A stretch of DNA of 64,000 nucleotides from Amphiscolops sp. MND2022 (lineage: Eukaryota): positions 95,792,001 through 95,856,000 of the forward strand of contig OZ076409.1 in assembly GCA_964187785.1 (NCBI GenBank), written 5' to 3'. The notes under the pieces are model-generated. The model saw only the letters and a list, made by a program, of their open reading frames with translations, had not been told where the DNA came from and did no database searches. Shown here in pieces: positions 48,745 to 62,262 of the stretch. The position numbers and the translations under genes are program-made. The number at the start of each line of letters is the position of its first letter. The first letter of the stretch is position 1.

Positions 48745-49763
48745 AGGATTTGCCGACTCTTTTCCACCACCAATTTCAAGTTCCTCACTTCAGTTAAATA
48801 ATTATCAGTATTTCATCTCAAACCCATGTATTGATGAATTAATTCATCAATACATTGATATACTTCGTTCAGAAATGCCAAAATTGGCAGCTTTAGTCGT
48901 TTTCAATTGAGATTTGTAATAGTAATTCATAAATTACCCACCACTTACCGATGCTTTCCAAATTTATTTTATAGGACCGTTATTGACACTGTAAGGAGGC
49001 TCTGCAGCTTGCAGCGTACTGTCACCCAAACTGTTCACTTACACGCCCTCCGTGTAATAAGGGCAAAAAATTCTTTCTCTCTCTAACAGCAAATCCCGGT
49101 TTCAGTACGCGTGGTCCTTGAAAATTGTAGGATAAAAGGAAAGTAAATTGAGATTTGTATGGTGTGAAAATGTCAAACCTGGCATTACCAGTGAGTTAAT
49201 CTTTGAAAACATTCAATTAAGCCTAATTAGAGACGGTGACATCAACTCAAAACATAGAAAGACGTTTTGCATTGGTGCGCTTTTGTCTATACACGTAACC
49301 ATCATCCACTTTTAGTGGACTATGATTTGTTTATTGCTCGCTTTTTGAGTTAACTTCATCGAAATTTTCTCACAAAGCGATGTCACGACTTGTTCAAAGG
49401 CCATTTGCATACAAGTGGCCTAATGTTGCTTCAGATGCCTTACTGAATCATGGCAAAGTCTTTTGTTCTAAAAAATGGTTGAAGGCTTCTAAATGCAAAA
49501 AATATATACTTTTTTATTGCTGCGAGTTTCTGTACTCTTATTATTGAACATAAGAGCCTAAAGCAGAAATAATACTGTGCCCCTCAGGGGCCTATTTTAC
49601 AAAAATTCGTCATTTATTTTCAATTTCATTAAGTGATGATGATGAATTTTACTTACTTTTCGGACTAATTCATTAGAAATGCATGTCTGCAATTTGACAG
49701 CTTCCATTTTTTGTTCACCTGTAAAGTGGTTCTTTTTTCAACCAATCATATTGCGTGTTCCAG

Positions 49764-50067
49764 GCAGAGGCGTGACCGAGTACTACAACTGTGACGTCAC
49801 GGACATAGACTGGATCTGTGGATCTCTGGAAACTTCCATCGGCACCGTGGGCGGTTTCTGCTGTGGCGCCTCTTACGTCATCGACCACCAGCGTCTTTCT
49901 GGGTCCGGCTACTGCTTCTCGGCCTCTGCGCCTCCCCTCCTGTCTGTGGCTGCTATCCAGGCTCTGGACATAGTTGAGAATGAGCCGCAACTGTTTGCAA
50001 GTCTGAGCGAGAATTCGAAACTTCTGCACGAAAAGATGTCATCACTGAATTCTGTTGTCTGTATCAG
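49764..50067 (+). CDS. SPTLC1: SPTLC1 exon 5
   Basis: GRGVTEYY...GSLETSIGTVGGFCCG...DHQRLSGSGYCFSASAPP; lacks the PLP lysine (GTFTKS in LCB2), as expected for LCB1. Confidence 0.96.
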
Positions 50068-51005
50068 GTTAGAAGCAACCAGGGTTGGTAATTTGTAAAC
50101 ATTGAGCTATTTACTTAAGAATGGCCTCCATTTAGGTAAATTTAGGTAAAAATACCTTTCACTTCAAAATTGTGTGAATTTTTTAGCTCAATTTTGCTCA
50201 AACATTATTTCTGCTGTAGCAATAATATATAGAAACCGGAAAAGTGTGTTTTTTTTCAACCGGTTGTGTTCGTTTGTTATCCGATTCCCCACTGAAAAAG
50301 ACCAATATTTTGTTCAGTGGTGAGTATAAGCGTGAGACTTAAATTTTCAAGCTGTCGACGACAGTTACTTTATTCAATTCTCGTGCGATGAAACGAGCGA
50401 GTGTTAATTATGTATTTGTACGCCGAATTCATTGAGATGAAGCGAATGAGTGTTAATTGTTCGTTCGCCGAGAGTTTGCTTGTACTCAAAAGCGAATGCG
50501 GAACTTCGTATACGTTTAGTAGTTTTTGTCATAAGTCCGAGAAGAATTAATTGCTCTATATAATGATTAAACAGGAGTGTATAGTTATTCCAGATATGCT
50601 TCTATTATTGAACATGACAGCCTAAAGCAGAAATAATAATGTGGCCCGCAGGGGCCTATTTTACTTAGACGTTATTCGCGCCCCTAAGTGACGTCATGAT
50701 CTGATCGAAATACCAACCAGTTATTTGATTTTCACGACTCGTTCAATTTTTGTACGGTGACTCGAAATTGTTACCTAAGATAAAACTGCTGAATGTAACG
50801 TTTTCAAAGTTGAAGTTCGGATACAACGTTTTCATTTTTTCCCCAATTTTTTCCGATTTTTCCCCAAAGTTTCACATAATTTTTGAGTCTTAGATATGGC
50901 GCCGACTTGGGCCGTTCCCGGCTTGTTGAACCTTGAGTAGCTGCGCTGATTTCGAACGATACTTGCTAAGAGCTAATTTTCCGTACCAAATGCATATTGT
51001 TTCAG

Positions 51006-51270
51006 CGACCCCGAGTCTCCTGTTCAGCACCTGATTCTGCAAGAACCTTCGATGAGTCATACCGATTGTGTGAAGTTCCTGGTCTCCCTGCGAGACGAGA
51101 TGCTAAAGAAGGGCTTCGCAATGGCCGTGTCTGCGCATATCAACCAGTTCGAAGTGTTTCGACAACGACCCTCTTTACGACTCACTGTGAAAAGTTCTTG
51201 GACGCCTCAGGACGTCGATTTGTTTGTCAACAATTTCAAAACTAACCTCAACTTGTTGTTACAGAAATAA
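51006..51270 (+). CDS. SPTLC1: SPTLC1 exon 6 (last); total CDS 1533 nt, 510 aa
   Basis: TTTCAG acceptor; DPESPVQHL...RPSLRLTV; TAA at 51268-51270; summed exon lengths divisible by 3. Confidence 0.88.
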
Positions 51271-51670
51271 CCGCCGCTGAGCGGAAAATTTTGGCGGAAT
51301 CAGCAACAGAAGGTGTAAATATACAATGGCTTCTTATATTGAATTCTTCATGTAAATTTTCTTCGCTTTGCATTCAAACATTTACTTTAAATGTGTATAA
51401 ATATTTGACGATGGCGCGGCGTTGTGCCTGCCGTTTATTGGTTCAATTTAAGTGCTGGGCAATCCTTTTTATTCGGGAGTTCTTTTGGAATTTAAAGTTT
51501 TGTTGCTTTTCAAACAACTTTTCTCTGAATCAGACAAAAACATTTCTGAAATCAGCTCCACTCGCGTTTTGAGTAGCTTTATGATGTGTAACGGTTATGA
51601 AGGTCCCTAACTGCTCGACAGATTTCTAGTCGAAGGAGTCGAATTGGTAATCAACTGAACCCAATATTTA

Positions 51671-52148
51671 ATATTTCTGCTTTAGCAGGAATGTTATTGT
51701 AACCTCAAAGTTGGTCCTTTTTTTTTTCAGTCGTCAAATTTCGTCCTACTGAATAATTCAGATATTTTGTTCGGCAGTGAGTGTAAGCGTGGGAAAGCTG
51801 CCGACAACAATTCAATTCTAGTGCGATAGAACGAGCGAGTGGTAATTATCCATTCGTATGCTGACGTCATTGAGATGAAGCGAATGAGTGTTAATTATTC
51901 GTTCGTTGAGAGCTTCGCCTGCATTCAAATGCGAATGCGAAACTTCGTCTACGCTTAGTTATATTTTCTTTAGTCCGAGAAGAATTAAAGGCGGTGTAAA
52001 CTTGTACAGTGATTAATTGTGCTCTAAGTAATGATTAAACAGGAGTGTATTGGTATTCCAGATATGATTCTTTTATTAATGATTTTTTGTTTTAAAAAAA
52101 TAAAGATTAAAGCAGAAATAGTACTGAGCCCCGGAGGGGCCTATTTTA
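51671..52148 (+). mobile_element. Helentron/HINE family B copy (others at about 47822-48368 and 50207-50663; fragments at 44608 and 49560)
   Basis: Subterminal ATTTCTGC/GCAGAAAT; 3' hairpin GCCCC-GGA-GGGGC followed by CTATTTT; no TSD. Confidence 0.7.
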
Positions 52149-52479
52149 ACAAAGTGTTCATTTTCTGTTTATTGCAGAGTATTTTAGGTTGCCAATCGTT
52201 TCGAAGGATGCTTCAAAAAATGAAAACATGGTCGTTTTTTCAGGGTGGGTGTAAACCTTTTTAGTATCGCAGTGGACTGGGCTATGTGCGATAATTTTGT
52301 TCAGCTACTCTGGTGTATCTGTTGTGTCATAATGTCATACCTACACTAAAAGGTCTGCGTTCAAATCAGTCCTGGCTCTTTCTAGGAAATATTGATAGAC
52401 TATGTAACCCCGGGCTTCTGATTAGCGATAAATCATAGATAAACGCGGCTAGTAGACAATCACTGTTTCAAAACTAACT

Positions 52480-52662
52480 ACAGTAAAACTCGGATAAAAG
52501 AAACTCATTGGACGGTGAGAAAAGGGTTTCTTTTATCCATAGTTTCTTTTATCAGTTGTCCTATTAACGTAGAAAGTTTGACTCGCATAAAATCAGAGGA
52601 CTGAAAACGTTTCTTATATCCGAATGTTTTTTATCCGTGTTTCTTTAATCCGAGTTCGACTG
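52480..52662. mobile_element. Tc1/mariner-pogo type MITE
   Basis: TA|CAGTAAAACTCGGATAAAAGAAAC ... GTTTCTTTAATCCGAGTTCGACTG|TA. Confidence 0.8.
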
Positions 52663-53763
52663 TATGTAAGATGCGGTGGGCCGAGATACTCACATGACGT
52701 ATACAAGCCGCTCTCATCTGTTAGCCGCTGCTTCTATTCAAAAATGAGTCGATTAGCTTGAGAAACTACGCGACCTCAGAATGCCTGCTGTTTTTTCTTC
52801 GAATGTGTTTTCGTCGAAAAACACGGCGTTCCGAAAAACGACAGACGATGCTTTGTAATTATCAGCCTTTATTCTTTTGCTGTCATTAGTGTTCGTGATT
52901 TTTGCACTGCCGTTTGGGGCGTTATTAAAATTCTGTAGTCAATTTGGGTGCCAATTCGTTCCTTGGAACTACGAAACTTAATAACTTCACCGAAGAAAGT
53001 GCAAAGTTATGTTCTCACTTTTTTAGTATCGCAGTGCAAGTCCCTGCTAAACAATTTGCAAGTCCCTGCTTTTACTATGAATCAGTATATTAGCCCATGT
53101 CTGCGACTCGTTTTGGACTAAACGAATGTTGTATGAACAAGACTCCCGCTAAGCACCGGGATATTTTCCGCCACAAGAATTTCAGGCTCCCTCCCGGGTT
53201 CGAACCCACGAACTTCTGTCTGCCAGGCAGACGCACTACCAACTGGGCCATGGTGACTAAAATATCCACATACTAAACGGAGTAATAACGTGGGAATTTG
53301 GCAGAAAAAAACGCTACACAGATGATTTTACTCCCCTACGCAATAAATTTTGGGAGCGGAAAATAAGATGCAACCAATATCAAGTAGTAACGAACGTATA
53401 TTGATATAAAGCTTTTGTGTTAGCTTGAATGCTATTGAAACTGGCCTGAATTTTGAGCAACGTCCTAAAGTTTTTCAAGTAAATAACGTTCAAAGAAGGC
53501 AATCGTGATCTTCCACGATGACACACCTCTAGTGTTCTGAACGCAGGTGCGACGTCCCATTACCGGTCTAGCGGCAGGTTTTGTCGAAGACCAGGCGTGT
53601 AACGGGCATCAATTCCGGTCCTGTATCCGGTCGGATTTCGGAAAAATGTCCATTCCGGATGTTGAAATCATACTTTTTCCCATTCTTTTGGAATAAACGT
53701 TCACTTTCAGAATTGTTTTTGTCCAGTGCACTTCTACCGAAGGCCAACCTGGAGGGATAACCA

Positions 53764-56700
53764 TTTTTAGACGGCGCTTTTCTTTAGAAAAGAGTCGACT
53801 ATAGTCATGGCTTTTCGTCAGTGTTTTTTTAAGACCACCTGAACTGACCAAAATAGTTCTACAAAAGTTCTACAAAATATTATTGCACCATTTGGCCTAG
53901 CGAACTGAACCAAAAAGGTTTTTCCCGTTTTTCCGCGTAACATGCCATACCGGGCGAGACCAAAGGGTCCCCCTTTCAGTTTTTTCGGCATTGAGACTTT
54001 TTTCCGGAAAAAAAAGTTTTTCCCCAAAGGGTCCCCCCTTCAATTTTTTGATGTTTTGCGACAAAATGAATGTTGAAAACCCCCAAAGGGTCCTCCCTTT
54101 CAGTTTTTTTGGCATTGTGAGACTTTTTTTCCAAAATTTTTTTTTCATGGAAGGGTCCCGAACTCACCAATACTTTGACATATTGAAGTCTTTTTGCTAT
54201 TTTTGAGCCTTAGATATGGCGCCGACTTGGGCCGGTCCCGGCTTGTCAAATCGGGTTTTACTTTTCAGTAAAATTACTTGGAAAACCTTTTTGAACAAGC
54301 GCCAGTGGAATAGCGCACTCAAATAGGAAAAGCCTTTCTTTCCCCAGTATCGTCTAATGCCTCTGCTTGTGTGATAGATTTTATGAAAAGAGTATCGATG
54401 ATATTGGAATGAAAAGAGTATTGATGATATTGAACAAGCCGGGACCGGCCCAAGTCGGCGCCATATCCAAGGCTCAAAAATAGCAAAACGACTTCCAAGT
54501 GTCAAGTACTCTTTTACAGTACTCGAAAATCGAAATTTTTTGAAAAAAAATTTTTCGAAAAAATTACATACTCAAAAAAAATGGACCGAGTGGCGCGCCG
54601 GGGCTCGCTAGCGCGAGCCCCTGGCGCGCTAAAGTCTCACAATGCCGAAAAACTGAAAGGGAGGACCCTTTGAGGTTTTTCAACATCCATTCTGTCGCAA
54701 AACATGAAAAAATTGAAGAAAACAAAAATTTTCATTTTCGGGAAAAAATCTCACAATGCCGAAAAAAACTGAAAGGGGGGACCCTTTGGGATTTTTCAAC
54801 ATCCATTCTGTCGCAAAACATCAAAAAAATGCAGGGGGACCCTTTGGGGAAAAAATTTTTTTTCGGAAAAAAAGTCTCGCAGTGCCGAAAAAAATGAAAG
54901 GGGGGAGTCTTTGGTCTCGCCCGGTATGGTTTGTTACGCGGAAAAACAGGAAAAACCTTTTTGGTTCAGTTCGCTAGACCAAATAGTGCATTTTGGACCA
55001 ATAATATTTTGTAGAACTTTTAAGAACTATTTTGGTCAGTTCGTGTGGATTGAAAAAAAAAAAAGAAAAGTCACTATAATAGTCGCGTTTCACTTCATGA
55101 AGCGCCGACTAAAAAATATTGATGATAAAAACAGTTTTTTCCAAAAACCATTATCATTCATCTTTTTTTAACCGAATGAAAAGCTTCATTTCTCTTTGTT
55201 CATGTAGCACGGCTTATTGTTCAAGACATTAAAAAATGTATCTGGAAGGTTTTTCTGCAGTTTATGCTTTACTGCGCCCGAAGGGGCCAATTTTCCAACT
55301 AGCGCGTGAGAAGCTGAGCTTTACCTCTTTCCAGTCTCGCTATTTTATTTAGACGTTTGTTTTCACGTGAAGCAATTGCAATTCTAAGGACCTCTTTCAA
55401 AAATATGTTCGTTACCTCAAATCAAAAAATCTTAGTTGTAGCGGGATTATTATTTTTTATTATTTCGGCGATTTTTTTTCATGAAAGGGTCCCGAACTCA
55501 CCAATACTTTGACATATTGAAGTCTTTTTGCTATTTTTGAGCCTTAGATATGGCGCCGACTTGGGCCGGTCCCGGCTTGTTAAATCGGGTTTTACTTTTC
55601 AGTAAAATTACTTGGAAAACCTTTTTGAACAAGCGCCAGTGGAATAGCGCACTCAAATAGGAAAAGCCTTTCTTTCCCCAGTATCGTCTAATGCCTCTGC
55701 TTGTGTGATAGATTTTATGAAAAGAGTATCGATGATATTGGAATGAAAAGAGTATTGATGATATTGAAAAAATATTGATGATAAAAACAGTTTTTTCCAA
55801 AAACCAATATCATTCATCTTTTTTTAACCGAATGAAAAGCTTCATTTCTCTTTGTTCATGTAGCACGGCTTATTGTTCAAGACATTAAAAAATGTATCTG
55901 GAAGGTTTTTCTGCAGTTTATGCTTTACTGCGCCCGAAGGGGCCAATTTTCCAACTAGCGCGTGAGAAGCTGAGCTTTACCTCTTTCCAGTCTCGCTATT
56001 TTATTTAGACGTTTGTTTTCACGTGAAGCAATTGCAATTCTAAGGACCTCTTTCAAAAATATGTTCGTTACCTCAAATCAAAAAATCTTAGTTGTAGCGG
56101 GATTATTATTTTTTATTATTTCGGCGATTCTTTATTTTTATTAAATCTGAAAGATGCAATTTTTCCCACCTTCAATTTTTTGATATTTTTGGACAGAATG
56201 GATTTTGAAAAATCCCAAATGGTCCCCCCTTTCAGTTTTTCGGCATTGTGAGACTTTTTCGAAAAAAAATTCCATAAAAGGGTCCCCAATTCACCAATAC
56301 TTTGACATTTTGAAGTCCTTTTGATATTTTTGAGCCTTAGATATGTCGCCGACTTGGGCCGATCCCGGCTTGTTCAAATTGACCCTCAATAGTTTCGTTT
56401 TCTGATGTGACGTCTATTCGAGGAAAAATGCTATATCCGAATAGTTGACGTCAAATCCGCTTGATTTTACATTTTGCCATGTAGATTCTGAGGTTCGACT
56501 TTGACAATTTCAGAACTTTTTTATTCTACTAAACTGGACAATAATATTACCGTTTTAACGCATATACCAACGAAGATGCCGTTTATCGGAAATTGTAAAC
56601 CGTCATTCCCGAATTGTATTGGATTTTGTCAGGGGAAATTTTTTCGAGTTGCCAATTTGGAATTCTATATGCATGTTTGCATGAACTAGTTTCCAAATAT

Positions 56701-57545
56701 ACAGTCTTGACCAGTTCAAGGTATGCCGATTCTTTTTGTCGAACATTTGAGGTTGGAAGTTGTTTTTTTTTCAGTAGACCATGCGTGTATTAGAACATGC
56801 GAGAAGAGGCGCAGTGTTCACCCTTTTGTTTTTTAGTCGGCGCTTCATGAAGTGAAACGCGACTATTATAGTGACTCTTTTTTTCTATTTTCAATCCACA
56901 CGAACTGACCAAAATAGTTCTTAAAAGTTCTACAAAATATTATTGCACCAAATTGCACCATTTGGCCTAGAGAACTGAACCAAAAAGGTTTTTCCTGTTT
57001 TCCCGCGTAACAGGCCATACCGGGCTAGACCAAAGGGTCCCCCCTTTCAGTTTTTTTCGGCACTGCGAGACTTTTTTCCGAAAATAAAAAAAATTTTCCC
57101 CTCAATTTTTTGATGTTTTGCGACAGAATGGATGTTGAAAAACCCCAAAGGGTCCCCCTTTCAGTTTTTCGGCATTGTGAGACTTTAAAAAATTTTTTTC
57201 TTCTCTTCAAAGGGTCCCCCTTCAATTTCTTTGATAGTTTACAACAGAATGGGTGTTTAAAAATCCCGAAGGGTCCCCCCTTTGTTTTTCGGCATTGAGA
57301 CTTTTTTTCGAAAATTTGTTTTTTCGCCAAAGGGTTCCCCTTCAACTGCGACAAAAATGTTGGCAATTTCAGAAGTGTCCCCCCTTTTAGCGCGCCAGGG
57401 GCTTGCGTTAGCGGGCCCCGGCGCGCCACTCGGTCCTTTTTATTTGGTTTTTCGATTTTCGAGTACTGTAAATTGACACATGGAAGTCCTTTTGCTATTT
57501 TTGAGCCCTGGATATGGCGCCGACTTGGGCCGGTCCCGGCTTGTT
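53764..57545. repeat. Cluster of HINE family A copies (53764-54246 +, 54433-55113 -, about 56155-56375 partial, 56829-57545 +) and an ~655-bp tandem duplication
   Basis: Shared end GATATGGCGCCGACTTGGGCCGGTCCCGGCTTGT and internal GGGTCCCCC tandem units; 54138-55470 (minus its insert) repeats at 55473-56129. Confidence 0.8.
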
Positions 57546-58002
57546 ATTAACATCTCGAGGCGAGGAAAGGGTGTTTCCCGGCCGGCCCAGTTACATGTTT
57601 CAGAATTCTCAAGACAACAGGCCTTTAATGTTTTAAAGATTTCGAATTTTGGAGCATTGAACAGGGCGCCGACTTACCAACTATGATTCTCAAATGACTC
57701 GCAAAGATTTGAAGAAGTAGGAATTGGATACTTTTCACCGTTTTGAAACAAATGACTAAAAAATTTTATAATTTGCCATTGTTTCGCCGTGGCTATTAAG
57801 TGCGTCCGACATCAGTTTCTATCGAAAAGATGTAGCAAAATTTATCTAACGAATTTTTACCCTGTGACTTGTCATGAGTTATTCTATAGTCTTTTTGTCC
57901 GGTCTGAATCCGTTTTTCTCGATTTTGCGACGAAATTTATTATTGTGGTATGATTTCAAATAATCCATAAAAACGTCCGATTTGTCTTTTCCCATAACCC
58001 TG

Positions 58003-59035
58003 TTTACACTTGCGATAAGCAAGTGTTATGGGAAAGTGCGGGTGCTTTTTTTTTCCGCGCGACAACTCTCTGATTTCACGCGGCAACTCGCACGTTTCAC
58101 GCGTTCGTGGTCTAGTGGTAAGATGCTTGCTTTTCAACCCAGAGGTTTCGTGTTCGAATCCGTGGGTATGCGCTAATTTTTTTACAAGTATTCCGAAGCA
58201 GAAGGTTCTGACTTTTTTCGGCACTATGAGACTTTTCGGCTTTGTGAGACTTTTTTTCGGCTGTGAGACTTTTTTTTCGAAATTTTTTAAATGTCCCCAA
58301 AGAGTCCTCCTTTCAATTTTTTTGATATTTTGCAAGAGAACGAATGTTAAAAAATCCCAAAGGGTCCCTTTTTTCAGAATTTTCGGCACTATGAGACTGT
58401 TCAAAATTCTAATTTTTTTTTCAAAAATTTTTTAGACTCTTATTTTTTTTCAAAAATTTTTTAATGTCCCCAAAGCGTCCTCCTTTCAATTTTTTGATAT
58501 CTTGCAACAGAACGAATGTTATAAAATCCTAAAGTCCCTTTTTCACATTTTTCGGCACTATGCGACTTAGCGGAAACTTCAAAAAAATTCGAAAAAATTC
58601 GGAAAATTTTTTCTCAATTTTCAGTTTTAAAAGACCGTTTTTTTAAAGACCGATCTTTTTTCTATGCGACTTTTTTAAAATTTGTTTTCACCGAAGCCCC
58701 TGCTCAATTTTTACAAGAAACGAAACGTTTTCCGAGAGGACTCCTCAAGGCTTTGCGACTTACCGGAGACCATCAAAAATGTTTTCGAAAAATTTCGAAT
58801 TTTTTTTCTATTTTCTGTTTAAGGTTTTCCGTTGAGAAAGAATGGGTTTTTTGCTGTTTTCAGTTGGGGAAGAATGGTTTTCGAGGCTTACGCGTATCCC
58901 TTCGGGTATTTTTTGGCGCTGTAAAATTGATGAAATTTTAATCTCCTTTTACCCTTGGTTTTCCGTATGATATTGCTTATTTGGTTTTCTTCAAAAGTTC
59001 GCAAGTGTTTGCGAAGCACGGCTTCGCCTCTGTGT
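58003..59035 (+). mobile_element. Helentron/HINE family C copy with a tRNA-Glu-like sequence (58101-58172)
   Basis: Subterminal ACACTTG/CAAGTGT; 3' hairpin GCGAAGCACGGCTTCGC; internal tandem repeats. Confidence 0.65.
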
Positions 59036-60344
59036 CTAAAAGTGTGTTTAGGATTTTATTAGCGAAATAATCCTAAGTGTCCCTAAGATTTTTCCCACTT
59101 TTATTGATATATTTCGAATTATATATTCTAGTAGTTTCCAGTTGTTATCATTACTTCTAGTTAACTCCGTCAGTGATTTTTTTAACCTTTTTGTCGCTAC
59201 GGAAAGGAGTCCCCTTGAAATACCGAATATACCGCAGTACTGCACTTTGTGGGATACACGGAGAAACATATCAGGAATGTTAAAAACCGATTTTTGTTCA
59301 ATTTCTTGATGTCTGATGTGGAGTTGTCGCTTGATGAGTTGTCATGATACGAGATAAGATAAGGAAATAGGAGCGGAAATGTTTGAACAAGCCGCGAACG
59401 GCCCAAGTCCGCGCCCCGCTCAAAGTTCGAACTGTAAAAAGTATCAACTATGCTGAAGGACTATTGTGAAAAATTGTATTGATTTTACAATGCCATAAAA
59501 TTCCCGAAGGGAACCCATAAGACTTTTTTCGTTACTCGGAACATTAACGATCTTTTTTCTTATTGAGAAAGTCTCATAGTTCCGAAAAACCCAAAAGGAG
59601 GCCCTTCAAGTTCGCAAAATGATTTTTTTAGCCAGGAAAATGTTTCAAAAACGAAGAGGGTACCTTTTGACCAAATAATTTTTTTCCAGACAAAGTCACA
59701 CAGTGCCCAAAAAACGTAGGTATTTTCCACTATTACTGAGAAAACTCATCAATTCCAGAGGACCACAAATAGAAAAAGAAGAAAATTTATTTCCCCATTA
59801 CCGAGGGGTGAACGTCGAAAAAGCAGTTGTGCTTTTCTGAGTCGGCACCCTTTCGGATACTTAGTTTCTTAATCCGGGATCCACTGTACATGTGAATCGA
59901 CAAAATTTTACCCTTCGAGCACGATGTTTCGAAAACGGTTGATCCTTTTTGAAATCAAAATATTTCCATAGATTCAGTAGATTTGTGGGATTTCATGAGC
60001 ATAAAACTGTGCCGATTCCATTTTCTTTACCACCGATCATCAGTGGCGTCTTTAGAGGGAAAGCGACAAGCGAAGTGCGGCAACCCCCTTCTTTGAAAAA
60101 AAATCAACTACGCAAATCAATAAAAAACGGCAGTTTAAATTTTTTTTGAAAATATCCTTTTGAAGTTTTTTTAAGTTTCAATGGCGGGGCGGGGGCACAG
60201 AAAAGAGCCGTAGAAAGAAATTGTAAGCCGTATTTCGGTTTAAAGCGGAGCATTGGGGTTTATTTTTATGGCCATTTCCTCAAAGTTCTTGAAAAACAGG
60301 TGAGTGGTTGGGAGTTCAGGCTCGCAAATATGGTGCCAAATCTA

Positions 60345-61365
60345 TTACACTTGCGATAAACAAGTATTATGGGAAAGTATGGGTGCTTTTTTCCGCGCGA
60401 CAACTCTCGTTTCAGCCTGCAAGTTGCACAGTTCAGGCGTTCGTAGTCTAGTGGTAAGATACTTGCTTTTCAGCTCAGAGGGTTCGTGTTCGAACCCGTG
60501 CGTATCCGCTAATTTTTTTACAAGCATTCCCACCGAAGCAAAAAGTCGCCACTTTTTTCGACACTATGAGACTCCCCCTTTTCGGCTTGGTGAGACTTTT
60601 TTTCGAAAGATTTTTAAAGTCTTCAAAGGGTCCCTCTTCAATTTTTGACATTTTGCAACAGGAGGGTTCCCCCTTTTACAGTTTTCGGAATTGAGATTTT
60701 TCAAAATGAATGTTTTTAGTCCGAAATCTAAATTCTAAATATAGACCCACCATCATTTTTTTCAATACTATCCGAAATTTTGACGTAATCTCCGGAGTAA
60801 AGCGCTATATCCGAAATTTTGACGTTATATCCGAACTATATTGCAAATGATCAATAATTTTTCTTGGAAAATGTCTAATTTGTATCACTACGAGATTGAT
60901 TTAAATGGTTAAATTTGGTTTTCTCAGGCCAAGCACGCTAGATCCGAATTTTGTTTTTCTTAAAGACCGGCGTTTTTTCTAAGTTTTTTCTAATTAGTTT
61001 CCATCGAAGCCCCCCGCTCAATTTCTACTAGAAACGAAAAGTTTTGCGAGCATGAAGGACTCCTCAGGGTTTTCGGCACTAAGCGACTTACCGGAGATCT
61101 TCATCAATAAAATTTTTCGAAAAATTAAATTTTTTGAAAGGTTTTCGGTCTAGAAAAATGTTTTTTTTTTGCTGTTTCCAGTTGGGGAAAAATGGTTTAC
61201 GAGTCTTATGCGTTTCCTTCGGCTATTGTTTGGCGCTGTAAAATTGATAAAATTTTAATATTGTCCTTTTACCCTTATTTATCCGTATGAGATTGCTCAT
61301 TTGGTTCTCTTCAAAAGTTCGCAACTTTCTTCACAAGTGTTTGCGAAGCACGGCTTCGCCTGTTT
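60345..61365 (+). mobile_element. Helentron/HINE family C copy (tRNA-like at 60438-60509); a third partial copy at about 42935-43311
   Basis: Same termini and tRNA-like segment as 58003-59035. Confidence 0.65.
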
Positions 61366-61366
61366 C

Positions 61367-61866
61367 AACAAGACGGGAACGTCTAAAGTCGGCGCTATAT
61401 ATAAGGCTCAAGAAGCGCAAAGTTTTCTAAATATGCTCAGGACGTATTCATGAAAAGCTTTGAAAACACTTTCGAGACACCCAAAGTGTGCCTTTCATGC
61501 TCGATATAACTGGAAAATCACTTTTCCCGACTGGAAACAAAAAAATTTGAAAATTTTTTTAAAATTTTTTTTGATTTTTTTTGAAAAAAACTTCGAAAAC
61601 GTCGCATAGTGCCAAAAAATGAAAAAGGGGGACCCTTTGGGATTCATTAACATACATTCTGTTGCAAAATATCAAAAAACTCGAAGGGGAGTCTCTTTTG
61701 AGACCTTAAATTTTCGAAAAAATTTCGGACAGTGCCGAAAAGTACTTGCGGCACACAAGTAAAAAGTGCCGACCAAAAAAACGACGAAAAGCCGCTACGA
61801 TAATCGGCTCTGCATTCAATAGGTCACTGCTATGTCGGAATAAATTTTTGTAGCGCCGACTAAAAA
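61367..61866 (-). mobile_element. Helentron/HINE family A copy
   Basis: AACAAGACGGG...AGTCGGCGCT start and AGCGCCGACTAAAA end, as at 46027-46507. Confidence 0.65.
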
Positions 61867-62262
61867 TATCTCCCGTAGATGGTTCCGAAAATGACCATCA
61901 CGATCTTTAAAGTTAGCTTGGCGTAGTAAAATCTTTAGATAAACCTTGTGTTCATCTCAACGTTACCTAGAGTTGCAACCTTTTCTGCTCATCATAACGT
62001 GGAAGAAAACCTGTTTCGAAAAATAGCCTATAAGAGGACAGACTAACATTTTTGTTTTCGATTTGTGAAAATCCTTTTTAACTACGAAGAAAGTCTACCT
62101 CACGCCTTTTTACTGAATCCTTATATTTCTACTGCTCTCATCTTTTAGTAAATATGAGGCATAGTTTGGATTGTTTGTATTCACTTGTTTCACATACTAT
62201 GACTATGTGTACTACTACTATTTTAGTTCAATTCTAACACTTTTAATCCGACGATCTTAAAT

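Noticed and set aside
53609..61900. Numerous short K/F/G-rich ORFs (e.g. KKLKGGPFG)
   Set aside because: Translations of A/T-run-rich tandem units of non-autonomous elements.
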